Source of the DNA: Acidobacteriota bacterium
GTDB taxonomy: Bacteria; Acidobacteriota; Polarisedimenticolia; Gp22-AA2
DNA: 40,827 nt
Direction of reading: 5' to 3'
NCBI GenBank assembly: GCA_043740165.1
Contig: JAYUCR010000512.1
Location: 1 to 40,827 of the forward strand
Position 1 is the first letter of the stretch, and the number at the start of each line of letters is the position of its first letter. This document shows, piece after piece, positions 1 through 9,415 of this stretch. Below the pieces are notes generated by a model. That model saw nothing but the letters and a program-made list of their open reading frames with translations. It searched no databases and had not been told where the DNA came from. The position numbers and the translations under genes are program-made.

Positions 1-1578
1 GTCCACGATCCGGCGCGCGGGGCGCGCGGCGAGATCGCCGACATCTGCATCGCCGACGGCCGGGTGGTGGCGTCGCTGCCGTCGGGAGCCCCGGAGTTCG
101 ACGCGCGCGGGCTCGTCGTCCTGCCGGGCGGGGTCGACCTGCACAGCCACATCGCCGGCCCCGCGGTGCGCGCGGCGCGTCTCCTCTGCCCCGAAGCGGC
201 CTCGACATGCCTGCCGACGCTGCGCGACACCGGCCGGCTCTATGCCCGCATGGGGTACACCACGGTCTTCGACGCCGCCGTCTCCCCGGTCGGGGCCCGC
301 GCCGCCCACGACGAGCTCGACGCGATGCCGATCCTCGACAAGGGGATCTACATCCTCGCCGGAAATCACACCCTGGCCCTGCGGTACATCCGCGAAGGGC
401 GCGCCGAGGCGCTGCGAGCGCTCCTCGACTGGCTGCTCCGGTCGGCGCGCGGGTATGCGTTGAAGGTCGTCAACCCGGGAGGGGTCGCGGAGTGGACCCG
501 CGGCGAGCCGCCGGCGGCGCCTCCCGATCTCCTGCTGCGGGCGTTCGCCGGCGCCGCGGCGGAGCTCCGGCTGCCGCACCCGCTCCACGTGCACCTGAAC
601 GGACTGGGGGAGCCGGGGAACGCGTCGACCACCCTGCGCCTGATGCAGGCCCTGGAGGATCGGCCGGCGCACTTGACACATCTGCAATTCCACGCCTACG
701 GGGGGCGCACCCATGCCGGCCTGAAAAGCCGCGCCCCGGAAATCGCCGCCTGGCTGAACGCGCACCCGTCGGCCACCGCCGATGTCGGGCAGGTGGTGTT
801 CGGTCCGGCGGTCACCTTGAGCGCCGACGCCCCGGCGCAGCATCGGCTGCACCGCGCCACCGGGCGCAAATGGTTCAACCTCGACACCGAGGCCGAGACC
901 GGCTGCGGCATCGTGCCGCACGACTACCGCGCCGACCGGCTGACCAGCGCCGTGCAGTGGGCCACCGGCCTCGAGCTGATGCTGCTGTGCGCCGATCCGT
1001 GGCGGCTCTTCCTGACCACCGATCACCCGAACGGCGGGGCGTTCACCAGCTATCCGTTGATCATAAGGATGCTGATGGACCGGCCGTTTCGCGACGCGCT
1101 CGTGGCCGCGGCGCACCCCCGGCTGGGCGCGCGCACCGTCCTCTCCGGCATCGGCCGCGAGTACACGCTCGACGAGATCGCCGTGATCACCCGCGCCGGT
1201 CCGGCGCGCGCCCTGGGTCTGGCGCGCAAGGGGCACCTCGGCCCTGGCGCCGATGGCGATGTGGCGCTCTACCGCCGCACCCCCGACATCGAGGCGATGT
1301 TCGGGGGCGCCGTCGCCGTGTTCAAGGACGGCCGGCTGGTGGTCCGGGACGGAGAGATCCTGGAAGAGCCGGCCGGACGGACGTTTTACGCGACGCCCGC
1401 GGCACCTCCCGCCCCGGCGAGGAGCGCCGACCGATCGGCGGCCGGGCTGCGCGACGACCTCGCGGCCTGCTCCAGCGTCGGGATCGACGACGACATCATC
1501 GCCGAGGAGTCGCTCCGCCGCCCCGAGCCGGTGCCGCCGCGTGCGGGAACCGGCCGGAGCGGCGAGGCGGGAGCTTAG
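1..1578 (+). CDS. fhcA: Formyltransferase/hydrolase complex subunit A (formylmethanofuran dehydrogenase subunit A homolog, amidohydrolase fold); 5' end lies outside the window
   Basis: Frame 1 is open from base 1 (VHDPARGARGEIADICIADGRVVASLP...), so the listed ORF 64..1578 is only the visible part. Amidohydrolase metal motif GGVDLHSHIAGP. Directly followed by fhcD and fhcC. Confidence 0.85.
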   Translation, partial: VHDPARGARGEIADICIADGRVVASLPSGAPEFDARGLVVLPGGVDLHSHIAGPAVRAARLLCPEAASTCLPTLRDTGRLYARMGYTTVFDAAVSPVGARAAHDELDAMPILDKGIYILAGNHTLALRYIREGRAEALRALLDWLLRSARGYALKVVNPGGVAEWTRGEPPAAPPDLLLRAFAGAAAELRLPHPLHVHLNGLGEPGNASTTLRLMQALEDRPAHLTHLQFHAYGGRTHAGLKSRAPEIAAWLNAHPSATADVGQVVFGPAVTLSADAPAQHRLHRATGRKWFNLDTEAETGCGIVPHDYRADRLTSAVQWATGLELMLLCADPWRLFLTTDHPNGGAFTSYPLIIRMLMDRPFRDALVAAAHPRLGARTVLSGIGREYTLDEIAVITRAGPARALGLARKGHLGPGADGDVALYRRTPDIEAMFGGAVAVFKDGRLVVRDGEILEEPAGRTFYATPAAPPAPARSADRSAAGLRDDLAACSSVGIDDDIIAEESLRRPEPVPPRAGTGRSGEAGA

Positions 1579-1580
1579 CC

Positions 1581-2537
1581 ATGCAGATCGACGGCACCCT
1601 GATCGAAGACACCTACGCCGAGGCGTTCACGTTGCGGGTGGCGCGCCTGGTGATCACCGCCGCCACGCCGCGCTGGGCGGAGATCGCGGCCCGGTCGATG
1701 ACCGGAAGTGCTACGTCGATCATCGGCTGCGGCTGCGAGGCGGGGATCGAGGGACCGCTGCCCCCGGCCACCCCCGACGGCCGGCCGGGACGGCGCGTGC
1801 TGCTGCTGGCGCGTTCGGCGGCCGACCTGCAGGAGCAGCTGGTGCGCCGCGTCGGGCAATGCGTCATGCCCTCAGCGGGGTCCGCCTGCTACGACGAGCT
1901 CCCCTCCGAGGAGACGGTGCGCCTGGGGTCGATGCTCCGGTTTTTCGGCGACGGGCACCAGATCGCCAAGCAGATCGACGCCGGCTTACTTGATATCCAA
2001 CCCGGCGCGCACGCCCGGCGGCTGTGGCGCATCCCGGTCATGGACGGCGAGTTCGTGGTGGACGATCGGTGCGGCGTGCGCAAAGGGGTCGCCGGAGGAA
2101 ACTTCCTCATCCTCGGAACAACGGCCGAGACGACCCTCGCGGCGGCGGAGCGCGCCGTCTCCGCCATCGCCGCCGTTCCCGGCGTGATCCTCCCGTTCCC
2201 GGGCGGCATCGTTCGGAGCGGCAGCAAGGTCGGTTCGCGGTACAGGAAGCTCGTCGCCTCGACCAACTCGCCGTACTGCCCGACGCTGCGCGGCCTCGTG
2301 CCAACGGCGCTCCCGGAGGACGTGTCGGCCGTCCTGGAAATCGTCATCGACGGGCTGTCGAGCGCCGAGGTCGAAGCGGCGATGGCGGCGGGGATCCGGG
2401 CCGCCTGCGGCGCGGGGGTCGTGCGCATCGGAGCCGGGAACTACGGCGGCAGGCTCGGCAAGCATCTGTTTCCCCTGCGCCGCCTCCTTGGAGGATCGGC
2501 TTCCGGCGGCGGCGCTCCGACGGCTCCACGGGGATGA
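1581..2537 (+). CDS. fhcD: Formylmethanofuran:tetrahydromethanopterin formyltransferase (Fhc subunit D / Ftr)
   Basis: In-frame ATG at 1581 inside ORF 207..2537, with GGGAG 7 nt upstream. MQIDGTLIEDTYAEAF... and VMDGEFVV...GGNFLILG are typical of Ftr. The first 458 codons of the tracked ORF overlap fhcA out of frame and are Arg/Pro junk. Confidence 0.85.
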   Translation: MQIDGTLIEDTYAEAFTLRVARLVITAATPRWAEIAARSMTGSATSIIGCGCEAGIEGPLPPATPDGRPGRRVLLLARSAADLQEQLVRRVGQCVMPSAGSACYDELPSEETVRLGSMLRFFGDGHQIAKQIDAGLLDIQPGAHARRLWRIPVMDGEFVVDDRCGVRKGVAGGNFLILGTTAETTLAAAERAVSAIAAVPGVILPFPGGIVRSGSKVGSRYRKLVASTNSPYCPTLRGLVPTALPEDVSAVLEIVIDGLSSAEVEAAMAAGIRAACGAGVVRIGAGNYGGRLGKHLFPLRRLLGGSASGGGAPTAPRG

Positions 2538-3355
2538 CCACCCTGCTGCGTCTGAAGCCGTGGGCCTTCGGTGCCGCCATGCCGGTCGAGGCCGGAAGCC
2601 TCTCGCCGGACCGGGTCGCGGGCCTCGACTCCAAGGCCCTGGCGGCGCTCCCGATCCATGTCGGCAACCAGGCCTGTACGGCCGGCGAGCTGTTCGACAT
2701 CACAGGCAGAGGATCCGACGACGTCGTGCTCGAGGGGGAGCTGGGCCGCTTCTCGCATCTCGGGGCCGGGATGTCGCGCGGGCGGCTGACGGTCCGCGGC
2801 CCGGCCGGGCCGCGCGCCGGCTCGGGACTGCGGGGCGGGGAGCTGTGGATCGCCGGGAGCGCCGGGCCGTACGCCGGAGAAGGGATGCGGGGCGGCCGGC
2901 TGCGGATCGACGGATCGGCGGGGGATCACCTGGCGGCGCCGCTGCCGGGCCGGCCTCACGGGTTGAATCGCGGCACGATCCTGGTGCTCGGATCGGCCGG
3001 TGCCCTGGCCGGATTCCGGATGCGGCGCGGCACCATCGTGATCGCCGGGGAGGCGGGACCGGGAGCCGGCACCGCCATGCTGGCGGGCAGCCTCTTCCTG
3101 CTCGGAGGGGTCGGCCCCGGCGCCGGCGCTTTGATGCAACGGGGCACGATCGTCACCGCCCGCCGCTGCACCACGCTGCCGACGTTCCGATCCTCCGGCA
3201 GCGGCAGCTTCCCGTGGCTGCGGCTGTATTACGATGCGCTGCGCGCCCTGCAGGTTCCGCTGCCCGCGGCGATCGATGGAGCGCGCTACGAACGACGGGT
3301 CGGCGACCTCTCGGGCGGCGGGCAGGGTGAAATCCTGATGCTGGAGGACGAATGA
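2534..3355 (+). CDS. fhcC: Fhc subunit C (formylmethanofuran dehydrogenase subunit C homolog, Gly-rich beta-helix)
   Basis: ATG at 2534 overlaps the fhcD stop (ATGA). Repeated G-x-x-G-x-x-G turns (GSAGPYAGEGMRGGRLRIDGSAGDHLA, GSAGALAGFRMRRGTIVIAGEAGPGAG) as in FwdC and the GltB C-terminal domain. Confidence 0.85.
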   Translation: MTTLLRLKPWAFGAAMPVEAGSLSPDRVAGLDSKALAALPIHVGNQACTAGELFDITGRGSDDVVLEGELGRFSHLGAGMSRGRLTVRGPAGPRAGSGLRGGELWIAGSAGPYAGEGMRGGRLRIDGSAGDHLAAPLPGRPHGLNRGTILVLGSAGALAGFRMRRGTIVIAGEAGPGAGTAMLAGSLFLLGGVGPGAGALMQRGTIVTARRCTTLPTFRSSGSGSFPWLRLYYDALRALQVPLPAAIDGARYERRVGDLSGGGQGEILMLEDE

Positions 3356-4329
3356 GTCTCCCGGAGCTGATGGCGCGCCTCAATGACGGAGCGGTGCGGA
3401 TCGCCGACCAGATGGAAGAGGACGCGGCCGCCCTGGGGGTCGTCGCCTCCCGGCTCGGAAACGGCAGCCGTATCCTCGACGCCGGAGTGCGGGCGGCCGG
3501 GTCGCATGCCGCCGCGCGTCTCTACGCCGAGGCCTGCACCGGCGGCATGAGCCGGGTGCGCACCGGCGTGCGCGCGCTCGGGCCCGCGACTCTCACCGAG
3601 GCGAGGATCGAGGTCGACGCCCCGTTCGCCGCCTGCCTCGGGGCGCAGTATGCCGGCTGGAAGGTTGCGGTCGGGCGATACTTCGCCATGGGTTCCGGCC
3701 CGGCGCGGGCCCTGGCGGCGAGCGAGCCGCTGTTCGAGCGCTTCCCCGACCTGCGCTGCCGCGCGGCACGCACCGTGCTGCTGCTCGAAAGCGATTCCCT
3801 GCCGGGCGAGGAGGTGGCCGAGGAGGTGGCGCGTCGCTGCGGCATCAAGCCTGCCGACCTGACCCTGATCGCGGCACCGACGGGGAGCCTGGTCGGCTCG
3901 ACCCAGGTCGCGGCCCGCTCGGTCGAAACCGCGCTCCACAAGCTGCTCGAGCTCGGATTCGATCTGACGACCATCGTCGCGGGCTGCGGCGCCTGCCCGA
4001 TCGCACCGGGACACCCCGACAGCCTCCAGGCGATCGGGCGCACCAACGACGCGGTCCTGTATGGCGCCGAGGTATCGCTCTGGACGGACGCTCCGGACGA
4101 GGCGATCGAAGCGATCCTGGAGCGCGTCCCCTCCAGCGCCTCGCGCGAGCACGGCCGGCTGTTCTACGACCTGTTCCGCGAGCACGGCGATTTCTATCGC
4201 ATCGACCCGATGCTGTTCAGCCCGGCGCGCGTCACCTTCATCAACGCGGCCACCGGGCGCGTCTTCGCCGCCGGCCGGATCGACGAACCGACCCTGTTGC
4301 GATCGTTCGGCCTGACCGCCGGGGCCTGA
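3352..4329 (+). CDS. mch: Methenyl-tetrahydromethanopterin cyclohydrolase
   Basis: 325-aa ORF. ATGA overlap with fhcC. Its size, and its position directly downstream of the fhc genes it is coupled to, match Mch. Confidence 0.85.
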   Translation: MSLPELMARLNDGAVRIADQMEEDAAALGVVASRLGNGSRILDAGVRAAGSHAAARLYAEACTGGMSRVRTGVRALGPATLTEARIEVDAPFAACLGAQYAGWKVAVGRYFAMGSGPARALAASEPLFERFPDLRCRAARTVLLLESDSLPGEEVAEEVARRCGIKPADLTLIAAPTGSLVGSTQVAARSVETALHKLLELGFDLTTIVAGCGACPIAPGHPDSLQAIGRTNDAVLYGAEVSLWTDAPDEAIEAILERVPSSASREHGRLFYDLFREHGDFYRIDPMLFSPARVTFINAATGRVFAAGRIDEPTLLRSFGLTAGA

Positions 4330-4337
4330 GGGGAGCC

Positions 4338-5279
4338 GTGGCGCGGGTCGGGATTCTGGCGGCCGCCGACGGCTGGCACATCGAGGCGCTGCGGCGCGCG
4401 CTGCACGGTGTCGGGCTCGACGCCGTGCGCTGCGATCCGCGGCAGATCGCCGCCACCGCCGGCCCGGAGCCGCCGGACGCGGAGCCGCCGGAAGCGCCCC
4501 ATCGTGAAGCGGATCGTTCCAGCGGTGGTGCCGGCGTTCGCGCCGCGGGGCTGGCGCTCGAAAAGCTCGACGCGCTGATCGTGCGCGTCGTTCCGCCCGG
4601 ATCGCTCGACCAGATCGTCTTTCGGATCGACGCGCTCCATCTGATGAGCGATCGCGGCCTGCCGATCGTCAACCGGCCGCGCTGCCTGGAACAGACCATC
4701 GACAAGCACTGGACATCGCGCCTGCTGCACGAGGCCGGGGTGCCGACGCCGCGCACCTTCGTCACCGAGCGCGCCGAGGCGGCGCTGCTGGCCTTCCGCG
4801 GCCTGCGCGACGTCGTCGTCAAGCCGCTCCTCGGATCGGGCGGCCGCGGGATTCTCCGCGTCTCCGACGAGGACCTGGCCTGGCGCGCCTTCCAGACCCT
4901 CGAGCAGCAGCGCTCGGTGATCTACCTGCAGGAGTTCGTGCCGCACGGCGACTCGGACCTGAGAGCCTTCGTGGTCGGCGGCCGCGTGGTGGCGGCGGCC
5001 CGGCGCACAGGCAGCGGCTGGAAGAGCAACGTGGCGGCCGGCGCCCGGGCCACGGCGCACGCGCCGAGCCCGGCGCAGATCGAGCTGGCGGTGCGCGCCG
5101 CGCAGGCGGTCGCCGCCGACTACGCCGGCGTCGATCTCCTCGAGGCCGAGGACGGTCGTCTCCTGGTCACCGAGGTGAACGGCATCCCCGGCTGGTCGGC
5201 GCTGCAGAGCACCACCTCCACCGACATCGCCTCGGCCATCGCCGGCCTGGTGCGCGACCGGCTCCGTGCCCGAGCATGA
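4338..5279 (+). CDS. RimK-type ATP-grasp ligase, probable tetrahydromethanopterin:glutamate ligase (MptN-like)
   Basis: GTG start 8 nt after the mch stop. RimK-like ATP-grasp core (VVKPLLGSGGRGILRV, YLQEFVPH, LLVTEVNGIPGW). Sits in the H4MPT cluster. Confidence 0.7.
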   Translation: MARVGILAAADGWHIEALRRALHGVGLDAVRCDPRQIAATAGPEPPDAEPPEAPHREADRSSGGAGVRAAGLALEKLDALIVRVVPPGSLDQIVFRIDALHLMSDRGLPIVNRPRCLEQTIDKHWTSRLLHEAGVPTPRTFVTERAEAALLAFRGLRDVVVKPLLGSGGRGILRVSDEDLAWRAFQTLEQQRSVIYLQEFVPHGDSDLRAFVVGGRVVAAARRTGSGWKSNVAAGARATAHAPSPAQIELAVRAAQAVAADYAGVDLLEAEDGRLLVTEVNGIPGWSALQSTTSTDIASAIAGLVRDRLRARA

Positions 5280-6205
5280 GGCGGGTCTCCCCGGGGCATC
5301 CGAGAGCGGGCCGGATGTCACCGGCTCTTGTGGCCGCGGCGGCGGAGGCGGCTTGTCTGTTCGAGGTGCAGGCGCCGAAGCCGGGGAACGTCGGGCGGGG
5401 GCACGACCGGCCCGACCTCACCTATCGCGATTTCGTCCTGAGCGCGGCGGCGCTGGGGATCGTCTTCCGGCAACGCGCGCGCGGCCGGGTCGGGGCGCTG
5501 GTGCTCGAGACGGTGCGCGCCACGCGGCGTCACGTGCCGACCAACACCAACCTCGGCATCGTCCTGCTGCTCGCACCGCTGGCCAAGGCGGCGCTCGCGG
5601 GCGGCGCACGGCGGGCCGCACTCCGGCCCCGCTTGCGGCAGGTCCTGCGAGGGCTCGACCGGCGCGACGCGCGGCACGCCTATGCCGCGATCCGACTGGC
5701 TCACCCGGGCGGCCTCGGGACGGTGCGCGAGCAGGATGTGCGACACGCGCCCACCGCAACGCTCCTCCAATGCATGCGGCTGGCGGCGGACCACGACGCG
5801 GTGGCGCGCGAATATGCCACCGGCTACGCCACGACGTTCGGCCTGGGGGTGCCCAGCGTGCGAAAACTGCGCGCCGGCGGCGCCTCGATGCAGACGGCGA
5901 TCGTCGAAACCTATCTCCATCTGCTCGCCCGACGGCCCGACACGCTCATAGCGCGGCGCCACGGAACGGCCGCGGCGGGGGCGGTGTCACGCTCCGCCGC
6001 CGCGGTGCTGCGCGCCGGCGCGACGCGCACGCCGTCGGGACGCCGCCGACTGCTGGCTTTCGACCGGCGCCTGCGCGGAGCAAAGCCACCGCTGAATCCC
6101 GGCGCCACGGCGGACCTGGTGGCCGCGAGCCTGTTCGTCTGGTTTCTCGAGGAGATAAGAAAGAGGAAGGGTCCTACAACGACTCGATCGCGGCGCCGGC
6201 GTTGA
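5276..6205 (+). CDS. Triphosphoribosyl-dephospho-CoA synthase (CitG/MdcB) family protein, H4MPT-cluster type
   Basis: ATGA overlap with the preceding ATP-grasp gene. N-terminus ...ACLFEVQAPKPGNVGRGHD...TYRDF resembles CitG-family proteins that co-occur with H4MPT genes in methylotrophs. Its 3' end overlaps the convergent RFAP synthase gene by 32 nt. Confidence 0.6.
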   Translation: MRRVSPGHPRAGRMSPALVAAAAEAACLFEVQAPKPGNVGRGHDRPDLTYRDFVLSAAALGIVFRQRARGRVGALVLETVRATRRHVPTNTNLGIVLLLAPLAKAALAGGARRAALRPRLRQVLRGLDRRDARHAYAAIRLAHPGGLGTVREQDVRHAPTATLLQCMRLAADHDAVAREYATGYATTFGLGVPSVRKLRAGGASMQTAIVETYLHLLARRPDTLIARRHGTAAAGAVSRSAAAVLRAGATRTPSGRRRLLAFDRRLRGAKPPLNPGATADLVAASLFVWFLEEIRKRKGPTTTRSRRRR

Positions 6206-7145
6206 AGCCGCGCACCTTCAAGACGGCAGCGCCCGGATCGGCGCCGGCGATGATCTTCAGGAGGCGCGCCTCCTCGACAGCGTCCGGGGCGAAGGCGTAG
6301 ACCGCCGGGCCCCAGGAGCTCTGCCCGACACCGCACGCCTTCTCCTCCTTCAGGCGGCGCGCCAGGTGCAGGGCGCCGGGATGGAACTCGGCCTCCTGCA
6401 CCGCCGCGAAGCAGGCGCCGATCCATTCCTGCGTCTGCGCCAGCGCCGAACCGAACGTTTCCAGATCCCGCTCCACCAGCGCCGGCAGGAGTCGCGTCAA
6501 GACGGTGCGGGCGATCCGATCGACGGTGGCATCGGCCGCCGGCCGGAGGTTGCGGAAGGCCTCCTCCTCCGCCTCGCCGCTCATCGTCCGCGTGGCCGAC
6601 GGGAGGGCGACGACGATGCGCCACGCTTCCGGGAAATCGTGGCGCGCCAGGAGCGGCGGCGCTTCGGATCGCGGGACGCGGGGCGAGGGGCCGGCCCCGC
6701 CCGCAGCGGGGTGACCTCCTTCGACGACGAACCCGCCGCGCTGGAACAGGTGGAAGCCGACTCCCGACCGGCGCGCCCGCCCCATCATCGCGCACAGTCC
6801 GGCGATCGGCTGATCCAGCCCGCGCTGCCGGGCGATGCCCGCGGCGAGCGCCAGCGCCAGCTGCGTGCCGGAACCCAGGCCGACATGCTCCGGGATCGCC
6901 TCCTCCACCGTGATGCGCGCGTGGGGTTTCAACTCGAGAGCCTGGTGCACGCGGGCCGCGAGATACTCGACGCGCTCCGCGTGCGTGCCCTCCACGGAAA
7001 GCCCCGGGCCCTTCTCGATGCGCAGGACGTAACGGGGCCCGGTCAGCGCGAGCCCCATGCCGCCGAACTGGCGGCCGTCATGGCCTGCCGACAGATCGAG
7101 AAAACCGAAATGGAGCCGCGCGTGCGCCGTGACGCGCAGGATCAT
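6174..7145 (-). CDS. mptG: Beta-ribofuranosylaminobenzene 5'-phosphate (RFAP) synthase, GHMP-kinase-like
   Basis: Start trimmed to ATG 7145 (MILRVTAHARLHFGFLDLS...), which overlaps the upstream gene's stop by 4 nt. GHMP motif GLGSGTQLALA. The 192-codon upstream extension in the track overlaps the DUF447 gene out of frame. Confidence 0.7.
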   Translation of the reverse strand: MILRVTAHARLHFGFLDLSAGHDGRQFGGMGLALTGPRYVLRIEKGPGLSVEGTHAERVEYLAARVHQALELKPHARITVEEAIPEHVGLGSGTQLALALAAGIARQRGLDQPIAGLCAMMGRARRSGVGFHLFQRGGFVVEGGHPAAGGAGPSPRVPRSEAPPLLARHDFPEAWRIVVALPSATRTMSGEAEEEAFRNLRPAADATVDRIARTVLTRLLPALVERDLETFGSALAQTQEWIGACFAAVQEAEFHPGALHLARRLKEEKACGVGQSSWGPAVYAFAPDAVEEARLLKIIAGADPGAAVLKVRGFNAGAAIESL

Positions 7146-7684
7146 GGCCGCACCATGTCGGCGACCAGGCTCCAGGCCTCGCGCTCGCGCGCTCCGCCGG
7201 TCTTGGCGACCAGCGGCTCGAGCCGCCGCATCTCGTCCAGGATCGACTCGCGTTCGAGAAGGTGCCGGCGCGTCGCCAGGATGGTCGCCTCGACCACCGC
7301 GTGCTGGGCCCGGTTGAAGCCCAGGAACTCGCGCCCCTGCCCGCGGGCGACGATGCGGGCGCGGAACAGGGCGCGCTCCGCCGTCAGGTCCTTTTCGGCC
7401 ACGACGAACTCGCGCCAGGAGCAGGCATCGTCCAGCACGATGCCCCGGACCTTTGCGGCCGGGTGGAATGGCGGAACGTGCGACTGGAGGGCGCAGCGGG
7501 CGAAGAGCAGAACGTCGTCGGTGAGGTTCACGACCCCCTCGCCGAGCGCTTCGAGATTGACGCAGGTGAGAGCGCTCCGGAACGGGCGCAGGACGATCGC
7601 GTCGCCCTCGAGACCGACGCCCATCGGCGCGACGTTGGGCCGGCCGGCGGCGTCGAGCGTCGACACCAGCGTCTCGAAGATCAT
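7142..7684 (-). CDS. DUF447-family (FMN-binding split-barrel-like) protein associated with H4MPT biosynthesis
   Basis: Start trimmed to ATG 7684 (MIFETLVSTLDAAGRPNVAPMGV...), ATGA overlap with the folB-like stop. About 180 aa, the usual size for DUF447. Confidence 0.6.
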   Translation of the reverse strand: MIFETLVSTLDAAGRPNVAPMGVGLEGDAIVLRPFRSALTCVNLEALGEGVVNLTDDVLLFARCALQSHVPPFHPAAKVRGIVLDDACSWREFVVAEKDLTAERALFRARIVARGQGREFLGFNRAQHAVVEATILATRRHLLERESILDEMRRLEPLVAKTGGAREREAWSLVADMVRP

Positions 7685-8043
7685 CGGGCCCGCTCCATCT
7701 CCACTTCGACGTGCGCGACATCGCGCAGGACGAATTTGCGCACCCGGACCCGGACCCGTCCCACGGCGCGGAACCGCTCCAGGACGACGTCGAGCACCGC
7801 CGTGGCCGCGGCCTCGATCAGGTGGTGGGTGCGCTCCTCGAGCAGGCCGCGCACCGCGTCGCACACCTCGCGGTAGTCGACGGTGCGGGCGAGCTCGCCG
7901 CTCCGGCCGGCGACCGACAGATCGGCGAACAGGTCGAGATCGACCACGAGACGCTGGCGGTCGCGGCGCTCCGCCTCGGTCACGCCGATGTGGCAGTGGC
8001 AGACGATGCCGGCGAGTGTCAGGCGATCAGGAGCGGCGGGCAT
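7681..8043 (-). CDS. folB: Dihydroneopterin aldolase family protein
   Basis: 120-aa ORF. FolB-like pattern LTLAGIVCHCHIGVTEAERRDRQRLVVDLDL...TVDYREV. Lies between the DHPS-like and DUF447 genes. Confidence 0.7.
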   Translation of the reverse strand: MPAAPDRLTLAGIVCHCHIGVTEAERRDRQRLVVDLDLFADLSVAGRSGELARTVDYREVCDAVRGLLEERTHHLIEAAATAVLDVVLERFRAVGRVRVRVRKFVLRDVAHVEVEMERAR

Positions 8044-9415
8044 GATCCCCCCCCTCCTCCTCGGTCCAGGTCAGGTATCCCCAGTCGAGCGGCTCCCCCT
8101 GGATGTATTTCTTGCCGAGGTGGCGCGCGATGTCGGCCTTCATCAGCTCGCGTCCGAGATAAAAGGCGTGCGCGGCGTCGCCCTCCACCCCGAGCTGCGG
8201 GAAGATGTCGCGGATGCTGCCGCCGCGCACGAAGCGCTCGCTGTTGTAGACGAAGACGTTCTCCCCGTCGGTGTCGATGCGGAAATTGCGGTCGGTCACC
8301 TTTTCCTTGAGCCCGCGCAGCTCGTCCTCGCGCGGGCGGGTCAAGCGCGCGTCGCGCGTGGTCACCAGGCGGGCGTCGTACCCCTTCGGGAGGGCGGCGC
8401 GCGCGCGTCCGTGGTGCATCATGCGCCGCGCGCAGTCGAGCTCCCGCACGCTGCCGCGCGCCCAGGGCGCCACCTCGGTGGTCAGGGCGTAGCGCAGCTT
8501 GAGCTCGCTGGCGATCCCGGCAAGAAGCGCGTTGACACCGGTCGCATCGGCTTCGGTCAGCTCGGTCAGGTTGCCGGCGCCGATCAGCATCTCGGTGTCC
8601 GGGAGGGCCTGCCGCGCCGCGCAGAAGCGCTGGATCGACGCGGCGAATCCGAAGTGGATCGGCTCGAGCACCGCGTCGGCGATGACCCGCCGCGCCCCGC
8701 GCCGCATCGCCTCCTCGACGTTCCGCACCAGCGTCTCGACACCCCCGCCCGGATCGGGGAGGATGACCGGTGTCGCCGCGATCCGGCCGGCGAGGTGCAG
8801 GTTCTGACCGTTGAGGCTCAGGAGCATTTCCGCGCCCGCCGCATCCCCCGACAGCGCCTCCTGCTCGTTGAAGGTGTCGATGCTGACCCGGTGCCCTTCG
8901 GCGCGCAGCAGCCGGACGAGGCGGCCGAGATCCGCGACCGGCCGCTCCGGCGAGCATCCCAGGTCGATCACGTCGGCACCGTCGGTGCGGTAGCGATCCG
9001 CGAGCTGAACGATCTGCGCGTCGCTGAGCCGATCGACATCGTTGATCTCCGCCAGGATCGTCAGGTCGTGCGGCCCGTCCGGGTCGTAGGCCTCCACGGC
9101 GCCGCCGAAATACTCCGGCAGGTCGCGGAGATCCTTCGGCCCCTTGCGGAACAGCCGCCCGAAGTGCGCCGAGAGATCGTCGATGTCGGCCCGGCTGAGA
9201 CCGGGAAGGTAGACGGCGTCGCACTCTCCCGGCGTCAGCGTTGCCTTCAGGTAGTCGGTCGTCAGCAGCGCCGCCACCTTGATCCGCAGCGCCGCGATGC
9301 TCCAGTCGAACGCCGGCGGCATGGTCTTGAGCGTTTCCTCGAGTCCCGGCTGCGCCATCTGCCCGGTGACGAAGAGGTATCGCGGACGGGCCGCCGCCCC
9401 GGCTTCTACAGCCAT
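8027..9415 (-). CDS. Dihydropteroate synthase-like pterin-binding protein with C-terminal DUF4346-like extension (H4MPT biosynthesis)
   Basis: Start trimmed to ATG 9415 (MAVEAGAAARPRYLFVTGQ...). Pterin-binding barrel signature (GADVIDLGCS, SIDTF). C-terminal ...NFRIDTDGENVFVYN...YLGRELMKA matches the DHPS-related family (TIGR00284, as I recall it). Confidence 0.7.
   Translation of the reverse strand: MAVEAGAAARPRYLFVTGQMAQPGLEETLKTMPPAFDWSIAALRIKVAALLTTDYLKATLTPGECDAVYLPGLSRADIDDLSAHFGRLFRKGPKDLRDLPEYFGGAVEAYDPDGPHDLTILAEINDVDRLSDAQIVQLADRYRTDGADVIDLGCSPERPVADLGRLVRLLRAEGHRVSIDTFNEQEALSGDAAGAEMLLSLNGQNLHLAGRIAATPVILPDPGGGVETLVRNVEEAMRRGARRVIADAVLEPIHFGFAASIQRFCAARQALPDTEMLIGAGNLTELTEADATGVNALLAGIASELKLRYALTTEVAPWARGSVRELDCARRMMHHGRARAALPKGYDARLVTTRDARLTRPREDELRGLKEKVTDRNFRIDTDGENVFVYNSERFVRGGSIRDIFPQLGVEGDAAHAFYLGRELMKADIARHLGKKYIQGEPLDWGYLTWTEEEGGDHARRS

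Noticed and set aside
207-1580. The first 458 codons of the 776-aa ORF 207..2537, which would suggest a large fusion protein upstream of fhcD.
   Set aside because: This part overlaps fhcA in another frame and is Arg/Pro/Gly-rich with no family resemblance. An ATG with an SD at 1581 gives a normal-length Ftr. It is a high-GC stop-codon-poor artefact.
7146-7721. Long N-terminal extensions offered by the ORF track for several genes: 6174..7721, 7142..7864, 8027..9565, 22429..23844, 23538..24749, 14334..15599 and 19829..20401.
   Set aside because: The extensions run into the upstream gene out of frame and are compositionally junk. Internal starts give canonical N-termini and 1-4-nt coupling overlaps, or a good SD.
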